NCBI GenBank assembly: GCA_963664225.1
Contig: OY760937.1
Location: 480,001 to 544,000 of the forward strand
Direction: 5' to 3'
From: Verrucomicrobiia bacterium
GTDB taxonomy: Bacteria; Verrucomicrobiota; Verrucomicrobiia; Limisphaerales; UBA1319
DNA: 64,000 nt
Shown: positions 10,726 through 21,126 of the stretch, in pieces
Layout: the number at the start of each line of letters is the position of its first letter
Numbering within the stretch: position 1 is the stretch's first letter
The notes under the pieces: model-generated
Database searches by the model: none
What the model was told of the DNA's origin: nothing
The model's input: the letters and a program-made list of their open reading frames with translations, nothing else
Made by a program: the position numbers and the translations under genes

Positions 10726-11092
10726 GGGAGGCGATCATAGCGGACTGGACGAAAGCCAGGCAAGATGAGAGTGGCGAAAAACTTCACAGTCGAAATCCAG
10801 TCCCTATGATCAAATAAAGCCAATCCGGGCAAATTCGGCCACTCGTTGGACCACAGCTCCATCCATTAAGAAATCGGCTTCCTGCGTCTGAATCTGCGGA
10901 TTGTAACGATGGGACCTGAAATAAATGAAAAGACTCACTCTTTTTGTGACTATTTGTTGAACACGCTGTAAATTGCACGGTCCAATACATGAATGCGTCA
11001 ACGACCGCTGAAAACTGAAATCAGATTGAGAGCCTCTCAAGGGCCTTGGTATGGTTTAAGCTACACAATCTTTGACGAGCAACGGAAAACCT

Positions 11093-11251
11093 ATGACAAA
11101 GATACTGGATCAAATAGACGAAGTCATTCGAAATCCTAAACATCCCTTCCGGCAGGTTGCTGACCGACCGGAAAAACCTCAGAAACATCGGTATGAACGC
11201 CGCAAAGTAAGAGAATTCATGAAAAGCGGCGACTGGTCCTCTGAAAAATAA
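11093..11251 (+). CDS. Small basic protein, 52 aa (not in ORF track)
   Basis: MTKILDQIDEVIRNPKHPFRQVADRPEKPQKHRYERRKVREFMKSGDWSSEK; lies in an otherwise empty gap and is followed by a terminator. Confidence 0.65.
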   Translation: MTKILDQIDEVIRNPKHPFRQVADRPEKPQKHRYERRKVREFMKSGDWSSEK

Positions 11252-11276
11252 CTAAATTTACATTTCACAATTAATG

Positions 11277-11307
11277 AAAGGCCACGCGGGAGCGTGGCCT
11301 TTTGTTT
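11277..11307 (+). terminator. Intrinsic terminator, possibly bidirectional
   Basis: aaaggccacgc-ggga-gcgtggccttt then tgttt, between convergent genes. Confidence 0.8.
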
Positions 11308-11354
11308 GCCCGACTCCTGGGCCTTTTCCGGCAGACTTTTCCCCGGTTTAAGGT

Positions 11355-11741
11355 CTAATCCAGCGGTTCCCGTCCCGCATATCCGGCCCCCAAATCGTGC
11401 CAGTATCCGATATCCTCCTCACTCGATTCCCAGCACAGAAACACTTCGCGCCCATCGAGAATCGACGGAAAATCGACCAGCCCGCGGTCCAGATCCTTCA
11501 ATACGATTTGTCGGCGGCTGAATTCCAATAGCAGAGACTGCAATTCAGTCAGATTGGAAACCCAGCGATGAATCGGTTCGCCGCCCAGATCGCAACCATC
11601 GGCCAGTTTATGCGCGAATCGCTTGTCGAAATCCCGCAAATCCTCCCGGTATTGAACAATTTTAGCCAGCCATGCCCTGATTTCAGGCAATAGTTCGCGG
11701 GCTTCCTCGCGCGTATAATGTTTTTTGAACTGCAAATCCAT
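11355..11741 (-). CDS. DUF2203 family protein
   Basis: YTREEARELLP..I, KDLDRGLVDFP, EVFLCW..E..IGYWH..GYAGREP. Confidence 0.88.
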   Translation of the reverse strand: MDLQFKKHYTREEARELLPEIRAWLAKIVQYREDLRDFDKRFAHKLADGCDLGGEPIHRWVSNLTELQSLLLEFSRRQIVLKDLDRGLVDFPSILDGREVFLCWESSEEDIGYWHDLGAGYAGREPLD

Positions 11742-11778
11742 GGGTCACGGAAGGTTGGCAGCTCAAACCAGGCCCATT

Positions 11779-13527
11779 TCAAGGCTTGGCCGAGACGGCA
11801 TTCATTTTTTTTCGGACCTCGTCGTTCGCTTCGATCTCCAAGGATTTCCTCCAGGCCTCCACCGCCTTGGAAGTCTGGTTCAATCCCATATGAATATCCC
11901 CCAGGTGATCGTAGAGCGTCGCATCGGGTTTGGGGGATAAGGAGATCGCTTTCAATATCTGCGCCAGGGCCTCTTTGTGCTTCTTGAGTTTGAAAAGCAC
12001 CCACGCCTCACTGTCCAGATAAGCCGGATTTTCAGGATCGAGCTTGAGGGCCTTCTCGATCAGTTGACGCGATTCCTCGAGTTTCATCCCGCGATCGGCC
12101 CACATATACCCCAGATAATTCATCGTCTCGGGATCGTTGGGCGACATATCCAGCACCTTTCGAAAATACTTCTCCGCCTCGGCGTATTCCCCCATGCGTT
12201 CATGCGTGGATCCCACTTCAAAAAAGAAAACCGGCGTCAAACGGTTGGTTTCATTGCCGCTGGCGATGACTTCAGCCCGCGTAAGATGGCCCAGGGCCTG
12301 CGGATATTGCTTCATCCGGCTGCACGCCAGGGCGGAATAAAATTCAAGCTGGAATGTCTGCGGGAATCGCTCTTTCACGCGAGCCAGCGTTGCCAGCGCC
12401 GCCTCGGGTTGGTCATCGGCGATCTGCATCCCGGCCAGGTCGTAATAAACCGGTTCGAATCCGGCGTTCAATTGAATCGTCCGTTGGAAATAATCGATCG
12501 CCTTCTTGAAGTCCTTCGTATCGGAGGCCAGCACGCCCAGTAAATAAGTGGCTTGAGGATTGTTGGGATTCTGCCGGACAATGCCTTCAAGCAACTCGAT
12601 CGCCCGCTTCTTGTCGTTATTGCGCAGATACACATCCGCCAGTTTTTCCCGCAAAGCCGGCAGGGAGGGATTTTCCTTGAGAAGTTGCGCGTAAATTTCC
12701 GAGGCTTTCTCCAACAGACCCAGGTCCGCATAGCGCTCCGCAATGCGCTGCCGCAGGGCGACCTCCGAGGGCTTGAGCTTTTCAGCGCTATTCAGGGCAT
12801 CGATGCCCCATTGCTTGAGCCGGTTGCCATCCGCCCCGGCCAGATTCCTGAAATGCACCATCGTATCGGCCAGATCCACATAATATCCCGGATCATCGCT
12901 CTTCTGGTGCGCCGCCGATTCAAGGATCTTGACGGCCTGCCGCGGTTGACCCGCTGTAAAATACATTTGCGCCAGGCTTTGAGAAGCGAGGATTTGCAGC
13001 GGATCCTTTTTCAGGGCGCTGCGGAAGGAAACGATGGCCTGGGGGTTATGATTCAGGGCGTTATGGGCCACGCCCAGCCACGCGTCGATGGCGCCCGACG
13101 CCCCGGGTTGGCTGGCGGCCTTGGTGAGTAAAAAAATCGCCTTGTCTGGATTCTTGCTTTGAAGAAGCTGTCGTGTGACATCCAGCACAAGCTCTTCATT
13201 GCCGGGGTCGGCCAATGCCGCCTCGTAAAAGTGCTTTAATGCCTCCGCTGGCGCCTGGTTCCATTCATACACCAACCCCGTCGTGAAATGCGCATACGCT
13301 TTGGCGCGTTTCTCAGCATCGGACGAGCCATTCAGGGCGGGGGACACCACCTCCACACTCCTGTCCGCAGGCCCGTTGGAACCCTTGTTTTCCGCGGCAG
13401 TGCCGCCGTTTTTGGTCCGATTGGAAGCGCATCCGCTCGCGCAAATCAGTAAAGCGCTCAATACGACCAACCAGCCGTTGCGCCAACTTTTTTGAGTTTG
13501 TGGCATCGGAACAATGGAAAAGCGCAC
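11779..13527 (-). CDS. TPR-repeat lipoprotein
   Basis: Lipobox ASGC; many TPRs ending in NYLGYMWAD..AYLDSEAWV..DHLGDI; start probably ATG near 13506. Confidence 0.9.
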   Translation of the reverse strand: MRFSIVPMPQTQKSWRNGWLVVLSALLICASGCASNRTKNGGTAAENKGSNGPADRSVEVVSPALNGSSDAEKRAKAYAHFTTGLVYEWNQAPAEALKHFYEAALADPGNEELVLDVTRQLLQSKNPDKAIFLLTKAASQPGASGAIDAWLGVAHNALNHNPQAIVSFRSALKKDPLQILASQSLAQMYFTAGQPRQAVKILESAAHQKSDDPGYYVDLADTMVHFRNLAGADGNRLKQWGIDALNSAEKLKPSEVALRQRIAERYADLGLLEKASEIYAQLLKENPSLPALREKLADVYLRNNDKKRAIELLEGIVRQNPNNPQATYLLGVLASDTKDFKKAIDYFQRTIQLNAGFEPVYYDLAGMQIADDQPEAALATLARVKERFPQTFQLEFYSALACSRMKQYPQALGHLTRAEVIASGNETNRLTPVFFFEVGSTHERMGEYAEAEKYFRKVLDMSPNDPETMNYLGYMWADRGMKLEESRQLIEKALKLDPENPAYLDSEAWVLFKLKKHKEALAQILKAISLSPKPDATLYDHLGDIHMGLNQTSKAVEAWRKSLEIEANDEVRKKMNAVSAKP

Positions 13528-13547
13528 CCCGAACTAACGGGGTGCGT
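13517..13547 (-). terminator. Probable terminator or attenuator after the bS22-like gene
   Basis: Minus strand gcaccccg-ttagtt-cggggtgc then gctttt. Confidence 0.55.
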
Positions 13548-13579
13548 CTCGTAAAACCGCTGTGATGTACACCGGCCGC

Positions 13580-13681
13580 CTACTGCTGCCAGGTGCGCTT
13601 CTTGTGACGGTTGGCGCGCATCTTCTTACGGCGCTTGTGTTTATTAATTTTTGCTTTCCTGCGTTTCTTTAATGATCCCAT
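13580..13681 (-). CDS. bS22/AURKAIP1-COX24-like small ribosomal protein, 33 aa (not in ORF track)
   Basis: [33 protein letters not shown] matches the Lys/Arg pattern of bS22-type proteins; starts 21 nt after the hisG stop. Confidence 0.85.
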   Translation of the reverse strand: MGSLKKRRKAKINKHKRRKKMRANRHKKRTWQQ

Positions 13682-13702
13682 AATCTAAACCTTAACCGCG
13701 TT

Positions 13703-14584
13703 TCAATATACCACCTTGTTCAGTGGATATTCAATAATTCCTTCCGCGCCAGCGGCCTTCAGGCGGGGAATCAACTCTCGCACGACATGCTCGTCGATTA
13801 TCGTTTCGACCGCGACCCATTCTGACTGGCTCAAACTTGAAACGGTTGGATTACGCAATGCGGGCAAACATTTCAACAACATTTCCAAATTTTTCTTCGG
13901 AACGTTCATTTTTACACCCACTTTGGCCTCCGCTTCGAGCGCTCCTTTGAGCAGCATGGCGATCGTTTCGATCTTCTCACGCTTCCAGCCATTCTTCCAG
14001 GCCGTGTGGTTGGCAATGAGCCGCGGTGTGGACGACAAAAGCGTATCGACGATGCGCAAGTTGTTCGCCTTCAAGCTTGAACCGGTCTCCGTCAATTCCA
14101 CGATCGCATCCACCAACTCGGCCGCCTTGAACTCCGTGGCGCCCCATGAAAACTCAACTTCGGCCTTGACGCCATGCTTCTTTAGATATTGGCGTGTGAT
14201 GTTCACCACCTCGGTGGCGATCCGTTTGCCTTCCAGATCCTTCACGGTCTGAACCGGCGACTTTTCCTGCACCGCCAAAACCCAGCGCGCGGGCTGACGC
14301 GTCGTTTTGCTGAAAAGAAATTCGCCCACTTCATGCACGTTGGAGCTGTTTTCCTGAATCCAATCGAACCCCGTGATGCCGCAATCCAGGTAGCCGTGAT
14401 CCACATAACGACTGATTTCCTGCGCCCGAATAAGCCGGATTTCCAACTCCGGATCATCCACATAGGGAACGTAGGAACGGCTGCTGACCCGGATATTAAA
14501 GCCGGCCTTGGCCATTTTTTCAATGGTGGCCTCTTGCAGGCTGCCTTTGGGCAACCCCAGTTTTAATACATTAGTTTCCTTCAC
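13703..14584 (-). CDS. hisG: ATP phosphoribosyltransferase, long form
   Basis: [34 protein letters not shown]-terminal regulatory domain with PTVSSL and GAEGII. Confidence 0.96.
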   Translation of the reverse strand: MKETNVLKLGLPKGSLQEATIEKMAKAGFNIRVSSRSYVPYVDDPELEIRLIRAQEISRYVDHGYLDCGITGFDWIQENSSNVHEVGEFLFSKTTRQPARWVLAVQEKSPVQTVKDLEGKRIATEVVNITRQYLKKHGVKAEVEFSWGATEFKAAELVDAIVELTETGSSLKANNLRIVDTLLSSTPRLIANHTAWKNGWKREKIETIAMLLKGALEAEAKVGVKMNVPKKNLEMLLKCLPALRNPTVSSLSQSEWVAVETIIDEHVVRELIPRLKAAGAEGIIEYPLNKVVY

Positions 14585-14593
14585 AGACGCTCA

Positions 14594-15232
14594 CTATACC
14601 GGAGTCCCGGCATCTTGCCAGTACGTTTGACGTCCGCGCACTGAAATCTGGCCCCGCGCGAAGGCCGCCGCCACTTCCGGATACACCGTCCGCTCCTGCT
14701 CTTGTATCCGTTCGTGCAGGGAGGCCGGGGTGTCGTTTTCAAGAACAGGCACCACCCTCTGGGCAATGATCGCTCCGGTATCCACCCCCTCGTCCACAAA
14801 ATGAACCGTGCATCCCGTAAACTTCACGCCGTAGTCCAGGGCTTGCTTCCAGGACTGAATCCCGGGAAACGCCGGCAACAGGGACGGATGGATGTTCACG
14901 ACCTTTTGAGGAAAGGCCCGCAGCAATCCGCCCTTTAAGATCCGCATGAATCCAGCCAGCAACACCAATTCCACGCCAGCCTCCTGCAACGCCGCCACAT
15001 AGGCCGGTTCGCTCGTCTCGTCGAGTTTCGTGCGAAAACGGCCCGGGGGTATGTGGCGCGCGGGTAATCCAAACGAAGCCGCATGGCTCAGGATGCCCGC
15101 ATCGGGGACATCGCTGATGACCATCGTGATTTGCGCCGGGATGGCACCCCGGGCGCAGGCCTCGGCAATGGCCACCATGTTCGACCCCTTGCCGGAGCCA
15201 AGTATTCCGATTCGAAATTGTGACGGACTCAT
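14594..15232 (-). CDS. purN: Phosphoribosylglycinamide formyltransferase
   Basis: [45 protein letters not shown] overlaps the rpoD stop (ATGA). Confidence 0.96.
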   Translation of the reverse strand: MSPSQFRIGILGSGKGSNMVAIAEACARGAIPAQITMVISDVPDAGILSHAASFGLPARHIPPGRFRTKLDETSEPAYVAALQEAGVELVLLAGFMRILKGGLLRAFPQKVVNIHPSLLPAFPGIQSWKQALDYGVKFTGCTVHFVDEGVDTGAIIAQRVVPVLENDTPASLHERIQEQERTVYPEVAAAFARGQISVRGRQTYWQDAGTPV

Positions 15233-17076
15233 TTTGGCGATTCTGTCTCCAGAAAACCCTGGAGGTGGCAAATCCTAGTCGGATGCCGCATTTTCCTCAA
15301 GGCCTTTGCCTCGATTTGACGAATCCGTTCCCGCGTCACTTTGAATTGTTTGCCAACCTCTTCCAGAGTCCGGGCATATCCATCGCCCAGCCCGAACCGC
15401 ATTTCCAAAACCTTCCGTTCCCTCTCGGTCAGACTGGTGAGAACATCGCCCAGCCGGTCCTTTAAAATGCTGAAACTCGTCGAATCCGATGGGTTTTCCG
15501 CGGATTTGTCCTCAATGAAATCCCCATAATTGGTATCCTCCCCGTCTGAAATGGGCGATTGCAGTGAGATCGGCTGCTGGGACATCTTCAGGATCGCGCG
15601 CACCCGCTCCACAGGCATCAGCATCTCATCGGCCACTTCATCCGCGGTCGGTTCCCGCCCATAATCCTGAACCAGCCGTTTTTGCACCCGGATCACACGA
15701 TTGATCGTTTCGATCATGTGAACGGGAATGCGAATCGTCCTTGCCTGGTCGGCTATCGACCGCGTGATCGCCTGCCGAATCCACCAGGTGGCGTATGTGG
15801 AAAATTTGTATCCGCGCCGATACTCGAACTTCTCCACCGCCTTCATCAGCCCCATGTTTCCCTCCTGAATCAGATCCAGAAAATTGAGGCCGCGGTTCGT
15901 GTACTTTTTGGCAATCGATATCACCAGCCGCAAATTGGCCTCCACCATCTCGATCTTCGCCTGGTTGGCCCTGGCGTCCGCCTGGTGGATTTGTCGGCAG
16001 ACTTCCATATAATCGGACCACGGCATCCGCGCAAATTGCTCGAGTGACCGGATTTTTTCCTGCTCGGCCTGAATTTGTTCGGCGTGATTTCCGGACGCCT
16101 CGTTCCGGTCCCGCAGAAGCGAATTCATGCTGATCTGCATTTTTTCCAGGACATTTTCCGAAACCAGCGCGATTTCCTTGATGATATTTTGTTTGTAGCA
16201 GAATTTGGGGAACATCTGCCGCATTTTCTCATTCCATTTCTTAAACGCCTTCCAACGCGCCGCTTTGGCCGCTCCGGCAGGGGCATCCCGCCATGTGATG
16301 TAGGCGTCCCCCACGATCTGATCCATGGCCTTGACTTCCTTGGCCAGTTTTCGCAGAAACCGCAGGTGCCCGGCCCGGTTCTCGAACTTCTTATCGAGAA
16401 TCACACGGTCAAATCGTTCCTTCGGTGGTTCGCAAATCAGTTTTTCTGCAACCGCGATATGCTCCTTCGCGGCAAAGCCCAAACAGTAAACCGCGCTTTT
16501 GACTTCCTCCTCGGCCTTCTCAATGCGTTTGGAGATGGCCACCTCCTGATCCCGCGTCAGCAGCGCAACCTGGCCCATCTGCTGCAAATACATCCGCACA
16601 GGATCATCCAGGATGTCCAGACGGCTTTTGTTGTCATCTCCGTCCTCCTGCTTCACATGGTCCACCTCGGCCTGATCGACAATCTCGATTTCAAGATTTC
16701 TCAGTTTGATGTGGACCGCTTCCACGTCCTCTGCGGTCACGGCGGATTCAGGCAGCACCTCCGATATGTCGCCATAGGTCAAACAACCCTGCTCCTGCGC
16801 CAGTTTGATCAATTCCTTGACCTTCTCCGCGATAACCGCCTCCGGAAGCGGGAGGATGGATGCCAACGGCGCTTTGACTTTTTTTGTTTTGCCGTTGGTC
16901 TTTTCTACAGAGCGGTTTTTACCGTTTGGTGGGGGTGGATTCTTAATGAACTGGCATTTGCCATCGTTCTTATTGCTTTGGGGCTGGCCTTTTCTTCCCG
17001 CCCGGCCGAAGTGAAATGGACGGGACTTGGTCATTGGTGCGCTATCAGCCTGTAATTTAGACATAGTTTTGCACAC
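15229..17076 (-). CDS. rpoD: RNA polymerase sigma-70 factor, RpoD type
   Basis: Regions 1.1, 1.2 (DPVRMYL), 2 ([31 protein letters not shown]), 3 and 4 ([16 protein letters not shown]). Confidence 0.93.
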   Translation of the reverse strand: MCKTMSKLQADSAPMTKSRPFHFGRAGRKGQPQSNKNDGKCQFIKNPPPPNGKNRSVEKTNGKTKKVKAPLASILPLPEAVIAEKVKELIKLAQEQGCLTYGDISEVLPESAVTAEDVEAVHIKLRNLEIEIVDQAEVDHVKQEDGDDNKSRLDILDDPVRMYLQQMGQVALLTRDQEVAISKRIEKAEEEVKSAVYCLGFAAKEHIAVAEKLICEPPKERFDRVILDKKFENRAGHLRFLRKLAKEVKAMDQIVGDAYITWRDAPAGAAKAARWKAFKKWNEKMRQMFPKFCYKQNIIKEIALVSENVLEKMQISMNSLLRDRNEASGNHAEQIQAEQEKIRSLEQFARMPWSDYMEVCRQIHQADARANQAKIEMVEANLRLVISIAKKYTNRGLNFLDLIQEGNMGLMKAVEKFEYRRGYKFSTYATWWIRQAITRSIADQARTIRIPVHMIETINRVIRVQKRLVQDYGREPTADEVADEMLMPVERVRAILKMSQQPISLQSPISDGEDTNYGDFIEDKSAENPSDSTSFSILKDRLGDVLTSLTERERKVLEMRFGLGDGYARTLEEVGKQFKVTRERIRQIEAKALRKMRHPTRICHLQGFLETESPK

Positions 17077-17233
17077 GCACTTGATTACTCCGATCTAAAA
17101 CCATCCCTATCTTCCTGCCGCCGTTTCGATTGTCAAGCGTTTGACAGTCTTTTTCTCAGCTTTTTTCCATTTTCACACAAACTACGTCTCCCGAAAACCC
17201 TGCAGCCGTCTTTTCGCAATAATTCAAGCGTGC

Positions 17234-19282
17234 TCACGCCTTGCGCAGACCCTTGGATTTGCGGGAACTCCCTCGCCCTTTCGGGTAGGTAACCGCCTGA
17301 GTTTTCAAATCTTGAACAGCAGAGCCTGTGCCGCGTTTCAATTCGCGAATTTGATCCCGCAAATGCGCCGCTTTTTCAAACTCCAGATTCGAGGCCGCCT
17401 CGAGCATTTCCTCCTCCAACTCCCTGAGCGTCTCCGTGACATCGAAATTGCCACCGGCGTCGTTAATCACCGAAACGGCCGCCGCATCGCTCCGCAACGG
17501 CGAAAGCCTCTCCTCGACAGGGCGGCTTACTCCATAAGGCGTGATGTTGTGCGCAAGATTGTATTCAATCTGCTTCTTGCGGCGATACTCCGTAACCGCC
17601 AGGAATTTCTCAATACTGCGGGTGCGGACGTCCGCATACAAAATAACCTCGCCATGCAAATGGCGCGCGGCCCGTCCCGCCGTCTGTATCAAGCTCGTCG
17701 CCGAACGCAGGTATCCTTCCTTGTCCGCGTCCAGTATCGCCACCAACGAGACTTCTGGAATGTCCAGCCCCTCCCGCAATAGATTAATGCCCACCAGCAC
17801 GTCAAACTCGCCCTTTCGAAGCGCCCGAAGTATCTCCACCCGCTCGATCACATCAATCTCGCTGTGGAGATAACGCACGTTAATTCCAATATCCCGGAGG
17901 TAATCGGTCAACTCCTCGGCGGTGCGCTTGGTCAGGGTGGTCACCAGCACGCGTTCCTTGGATTCGACACGTTTCCGGGCTTCGTTGATCAGATCGTCGA
18001 TCTGGCCCTTGAGCGGCTTGATCGTCACGGCTGGATCGATCAGGCCTGTGGGTCGCACGATTTGTTCAATCACACGGTCCTTGGACCAGCCCAGTTCGCG
18101 CTCGCTGGGCGTGGCGCTCACGTAAATGGTCTGCCCCTGCATCTGCTGAAATTCGTCGAAATTCAACGGCCGGTTGTCCAGCGCGCTGGGCAGGCGAAAA
18201 CCGAAATCGACGAGCACCTGTTTGCGGGAACGATCCCCCGCATACATCCCGCCGATTTGAGGCACCGTTGCGTGGGATTCGTCGATGACCAGCAGGTAGT
18301 CCTCGGGGAAGAAATCGATGAGATTGCAGGGTCTGGAACCCGGCGCGCGGCCGCTGATATGACGGGAATAGTTCTCGATGCCCGAGCAAAACCCCATTTC
18401 CAGCATCATCTCGAGATCGTATTCCGTGCGCATTTTGATGCGCTGCGCCTCGATGAGCTTGTTGTCTTTTTCCAACTGCGCGATCCGGTCGGTCATTTCC
18501 TCACGAATCGTGAGAGCGGCGCGCTTGAGTTTTTCCTGCGACGTCACGAATTGCTTGCCCGGGTAAATCGTCACCGCCTCAAGATTCTCAATAGTGTCCC
18601 CGGTCAAAGGCTCAAACCGGGTCAGCCGTTCGATCTGGTCCCCGAAAAACTCGAGCCGCACCGCATCCTCGCTATAGGCCAGACAGACTTCGACCGTGTC
18701 CCCGCGCACACGGAAATGGCCCCTCGAGAAATCGATATCGTTGCGATTGTATTGGAGGTCCACCAGGCGCAGCAGGAATTGGTCGCGTCCCATCTCCTGG
18801 TCCACATGCACGGGAATGACCATGGCCTCGTAGTCTTCCTTGCTGCCGGTGCCGTAAATGCAGGAAACGCTCGCCACCACGATCACGTCCCGCCGTGCAA
18901 AAAGCGAACTCATGGTCGAGAGCCGCAACCGCTCGATCTCCTCGTTTATGGCCGAATCCTTCTCGATAAAGGTATCCGTGCTCGGGATGTAGGCCTCAGG
19001 CTGATAATAATCGAAATAACTGACGAAATATTCGACCGCGTTCTTCGGGAAGAACCCCTTGAATTCGGAATAAAGCTGGGCCGCCAGGGTTTTGTTGTGA
19101 GAAATCACCAACGTCGGCCGCCCAATGTTCTGGATGACATTGGCAATCGTAAACGTCTTGCCGGAACCCGTCACGCCCAGCAGCGTTTGATGCTGGAACC
19201 CCTCCCGGATGCCCGCCGTCAACTGGGCGATCGCCTGAGGCTGGTCCCCCTGTGGAGGAAACGGCGCACACAACTCAAACAT
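17234..19282 (-). CDS. uvrB: Excinuclease ABC subunit B
   Basis: GVTGSGKT, YFVSYFDYYQPEAY, IDESH, GFRLPSALDNRPL, C-terminal UVR domain. Confidence 0.98.
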   Translation of the reverse strand: MFELCAPFPPQGDQPQAIAQLTAGIREGFQHQTLLGVTGSGKTFTIANVIQNIGRPTLVISHNKTLAAQLYSEFKGFFPKNAVEYFVSYFDYYQPEAYIPSTDTFIEKDSAINEEIERLRLSTMSSLFARRDVIVVASVSCIYGTGSKEDYEAMVIPVHVDQEMGRDQFLLRLVDLQYNRNDIDFSRGHFRVRGDTVEVCLAYSEDAVRLEFFGDQIERLTRFEPLTGDTIENLEAVTIYPGKQFVTSQEKLKRAALTIREEMTDRIAQLEKDNKLIEAQRIKMRTEYDLEMMLEMGFCSGIENYSRHISGRAPGSRPCNLIDFFPEDYLLVIDESHATVPQIGGMYAGDRSRKQVLVDFGFRLPSALDNRPLNFDEFQQMQGQTIYVSATPSERELGWSKDRVIEQIVRPTGLIDPAVTIKPLKGQIDDLINEARKRVESKERVLVTTLTKRTAEELTDYLRDIGINVRYLHSEIDVIERVEILRALRKGEFDVLVGINLLREGLDIPEVSLVAILDADKEGYLRSATSLIQTAGRAARHLHGEVILYADVRTRSIEKFLAVTEYRRKKQIEYNLAHNITPYGVSRPVEERLSPLRSDAAAVSVINDAGGNFDVTETLRELEEEMLEAASNLEFEKAAHLRDQIRELKRGTGSAVQDLKTQAVTYPKGRGSSRKSKGLRKA

Positions 19283-19377
19283 GGCCCAAATTTAGTGCGC
19301 TCCCCGCCAAATAACCACCCATTTTTCAAATCGTGTCCTGTGTCGGCGGTCCATGGACCTGTTCCCTGGTCGAATGG

Positions 19378-19578
19378 TCATTTGCGGCTGCGCTCGGCAA
19401 GGTAGTCCTCCAGAGGGCGGTATTGAAGCCGCTTGCGGCGGGCTTTCCTGAACCAGCCTGTGTCCTCCGCGTCCTCAACGCGCTCCAACAATTCTTCGTA
19501 ATCCTTGATGGGAAGGATGACGGAGACAGGCTTTCCTTTGCGCGTGACTATTTCCACTTCGGGCAGTGGCCTTTTCAT
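19378..19578 (-). CDS. Phd/YefM-like antitoxin with no adjacent toxin
   Basis: IVTRKGKPVSVILPIKDYEELLERVEDAED pattern. Confidence 0.75.
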   Translation of the reverse strand: MKRPLPEVEIVTRKGKPVSVILPIKDYEELLERVEDAEDTGWFRKARRKRLQYRPLEDYLAERSRK

Positions 19579-19822
19579 GGCGGAAATCTCTCAGCCAATT
19601 GGTTTTGAGTAAATCTCACTTTGGTTTTGGTCTCCGCTTTGAAATGGGCGTTGTCCGCATTGGTGCTGGCTTTCGGCAACGAAATAGGTTCAAATCCAAG
19701 TTCTTTCGGACAACGTGGAGCCATTATGCGCGGGAAATATTTCGTGGTGTAATGGCCGTTTGCCTGGTGGCATTATGTCCATGCTTTGCTCTGGCAACAA
19801 CACACTGAATGAAGGCCATTAA

Positions 19823-20122
19823 ATGAGCGATGAGCCATTGCCAAAATCTGAAATAATTCTCTACCAGACGGAGGATGGCCGCACGCGCATCCAGTGCCGG
19901 TTCGAGAATGAGACGCTCTGGCTGACGCAGGCACAGATTGCGGAGCTTTTCCAGACCACCCCGCAGAACGTGACCCTGCATTTGAAAGCCATATATGCCG
20001 ATGGGGAATTAACCGAGGAGGCAACTTGTAAGGAATACTTACAAGTTCGTTCCGTTGACCAAATGTTTTCGTTTCAGCGTTGGTGTGGGAATTTGGAGAG
20101 AGAAAAATTCAACGCGCTATGA
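19823..20122 (+). pseudogene. Truncated RhuM/virulence-family DNA-binding protein
   Basis: EIILYQTEDG..ETLWLTQAQIAELFQTTPQNVTLHLKAIY..GEL.E.ATCKEYLQVR is the RhuM N-terminus; resemblance stops after about 76 aa. Confidence 0.78.
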
Positions 20123-20361
20123 AGAAACTCATGAAAAGGGATCGGATTCCGCCTCCTTACTCCTCCGCGCTGGCGTTTGGGATCGTGGCGTTGGGCGGTT
20201 TAATCCTTGAAATCTGCTTCCGCAGCGTCGGCTTTCTCGGATTGGGGATAATCCTTGGTGGAGGGCTTGCTTTGATGCTTAAATCTGCGGCTGAGGCATC
20301 GGACAGGGAGATTTGGCAGCATTTGCGCTGGCTCATCGGTCGGTCAGGCCCAAAGCGATGA
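20119..20361 (+). CDS. Small hypothetical membrane protein
   Basis: Two hydrophobic segments; ATG overlaps the preceding stop. Confidence 0.4.
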   Translation: MKKLMKRDRIPPPYSSALAFGIVALGGLILEICFRSVGFLGLGIILGGGLALMLKSAAEASDREIWQHLRWLIGRSGPKR

Positions 20362-20537
20362 AGCCATACTGGCTAGGTGCCAGGACGTTCCTTGCCTACA
20401 TTGCGATGGCAATGCCAGGGTATTGCTTCCTCGGCAGGCTGGAATGAGTTTGCATAAACAGCACTGGATCAGGAGCCATTTTACGGCAACCATTTAAATT
20501 CGGAACCGTAACTACTATGGGTTGAACTCTCTACAAT

Positions 20538-20858
20538 TTAGCCCGATTTGGATTTTCCAGGGTTATTCCGTTGACCGCTTTGCTTCGAAATCGGTCGTTT
20601 TTTCTTTTTACTCACGCCGTCAACATCGTCCATCTCCTCAAGAAAAGCACAAAACCCATCAAGTTGCCGCACGCTGACGTAAAACAGAGCGTTGGTTGCT
20701 AGTTTCAGCAATCCTCGTTCATACGTTCGGGCCGGAAAACCACTTCTGATCTTATTAATTAATGTTGTTCCATTGCCCAATTCTTTAAAAAGCTCAACCC
20801 TCGCGTTAGCGTCGGCCAGTGCTTCCTGTGCTTTTTTCAAGTTTGTTTTCGATTTCAT
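20538..20858 (-). CDS. Hypothetical protein
   Basis: 106-aa ATG-initiated ORF in an AT-richer patch; no motif recognised. Confidence 0.45.
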   Translation of the reverse strand: MKSKTNLKKAQEALADANARVELFKELGNGTTLINKIRSGFPARTYERGLLKLATNALFYVSVRQLDGFCAFLEEMDDVDGVSKKKKRPISKQSGQRNNPGKSKSG

Positions 20859-21126
20859 ATCTAAAACGCAACAATTGGAAAACTGTTGATCGGTTCACCC
20901 CCTCGTTTTGAATGCTTTTCATCTTCTGTTTGGTTCTTAGCCCGATCACCAGAACCGTGCCCGCCACGATCGCGCCCATTTCCCCGTCGCCCGTTGTTTC
21001 TTACCACAAAATATTGTCAATTGTCAATTATCCATTATCCATTTCCTCAGGCCTCCGTCTTCCTCCTTTTCCCTCCTTTACGGTTGAAGTGCTGGCGATT
21101 TGCGTGAATATTGGCCATCTAAAGTT

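Noticed and set aside
10726..11092. Riboswitch or ncRNA in this long intergenic gap (also 45290-45546 and 53393-53666)
   Set aside because: No family motif recognisable by eye; an Rfam scan would be needed.
19290..19381. Toxin downstream of the antitoxin
   Set aside because: Only a 29-residue frame with no RelE or PIN features.
16075..19405. Long plus-strand ORFs (326 and 513 aa)
   Set aside because: Antisense shadows of rpoD and uvrB, common in GC-rich DNA; the same applies to minus-strand ORFs over 21028-24649 and 63192-63956.
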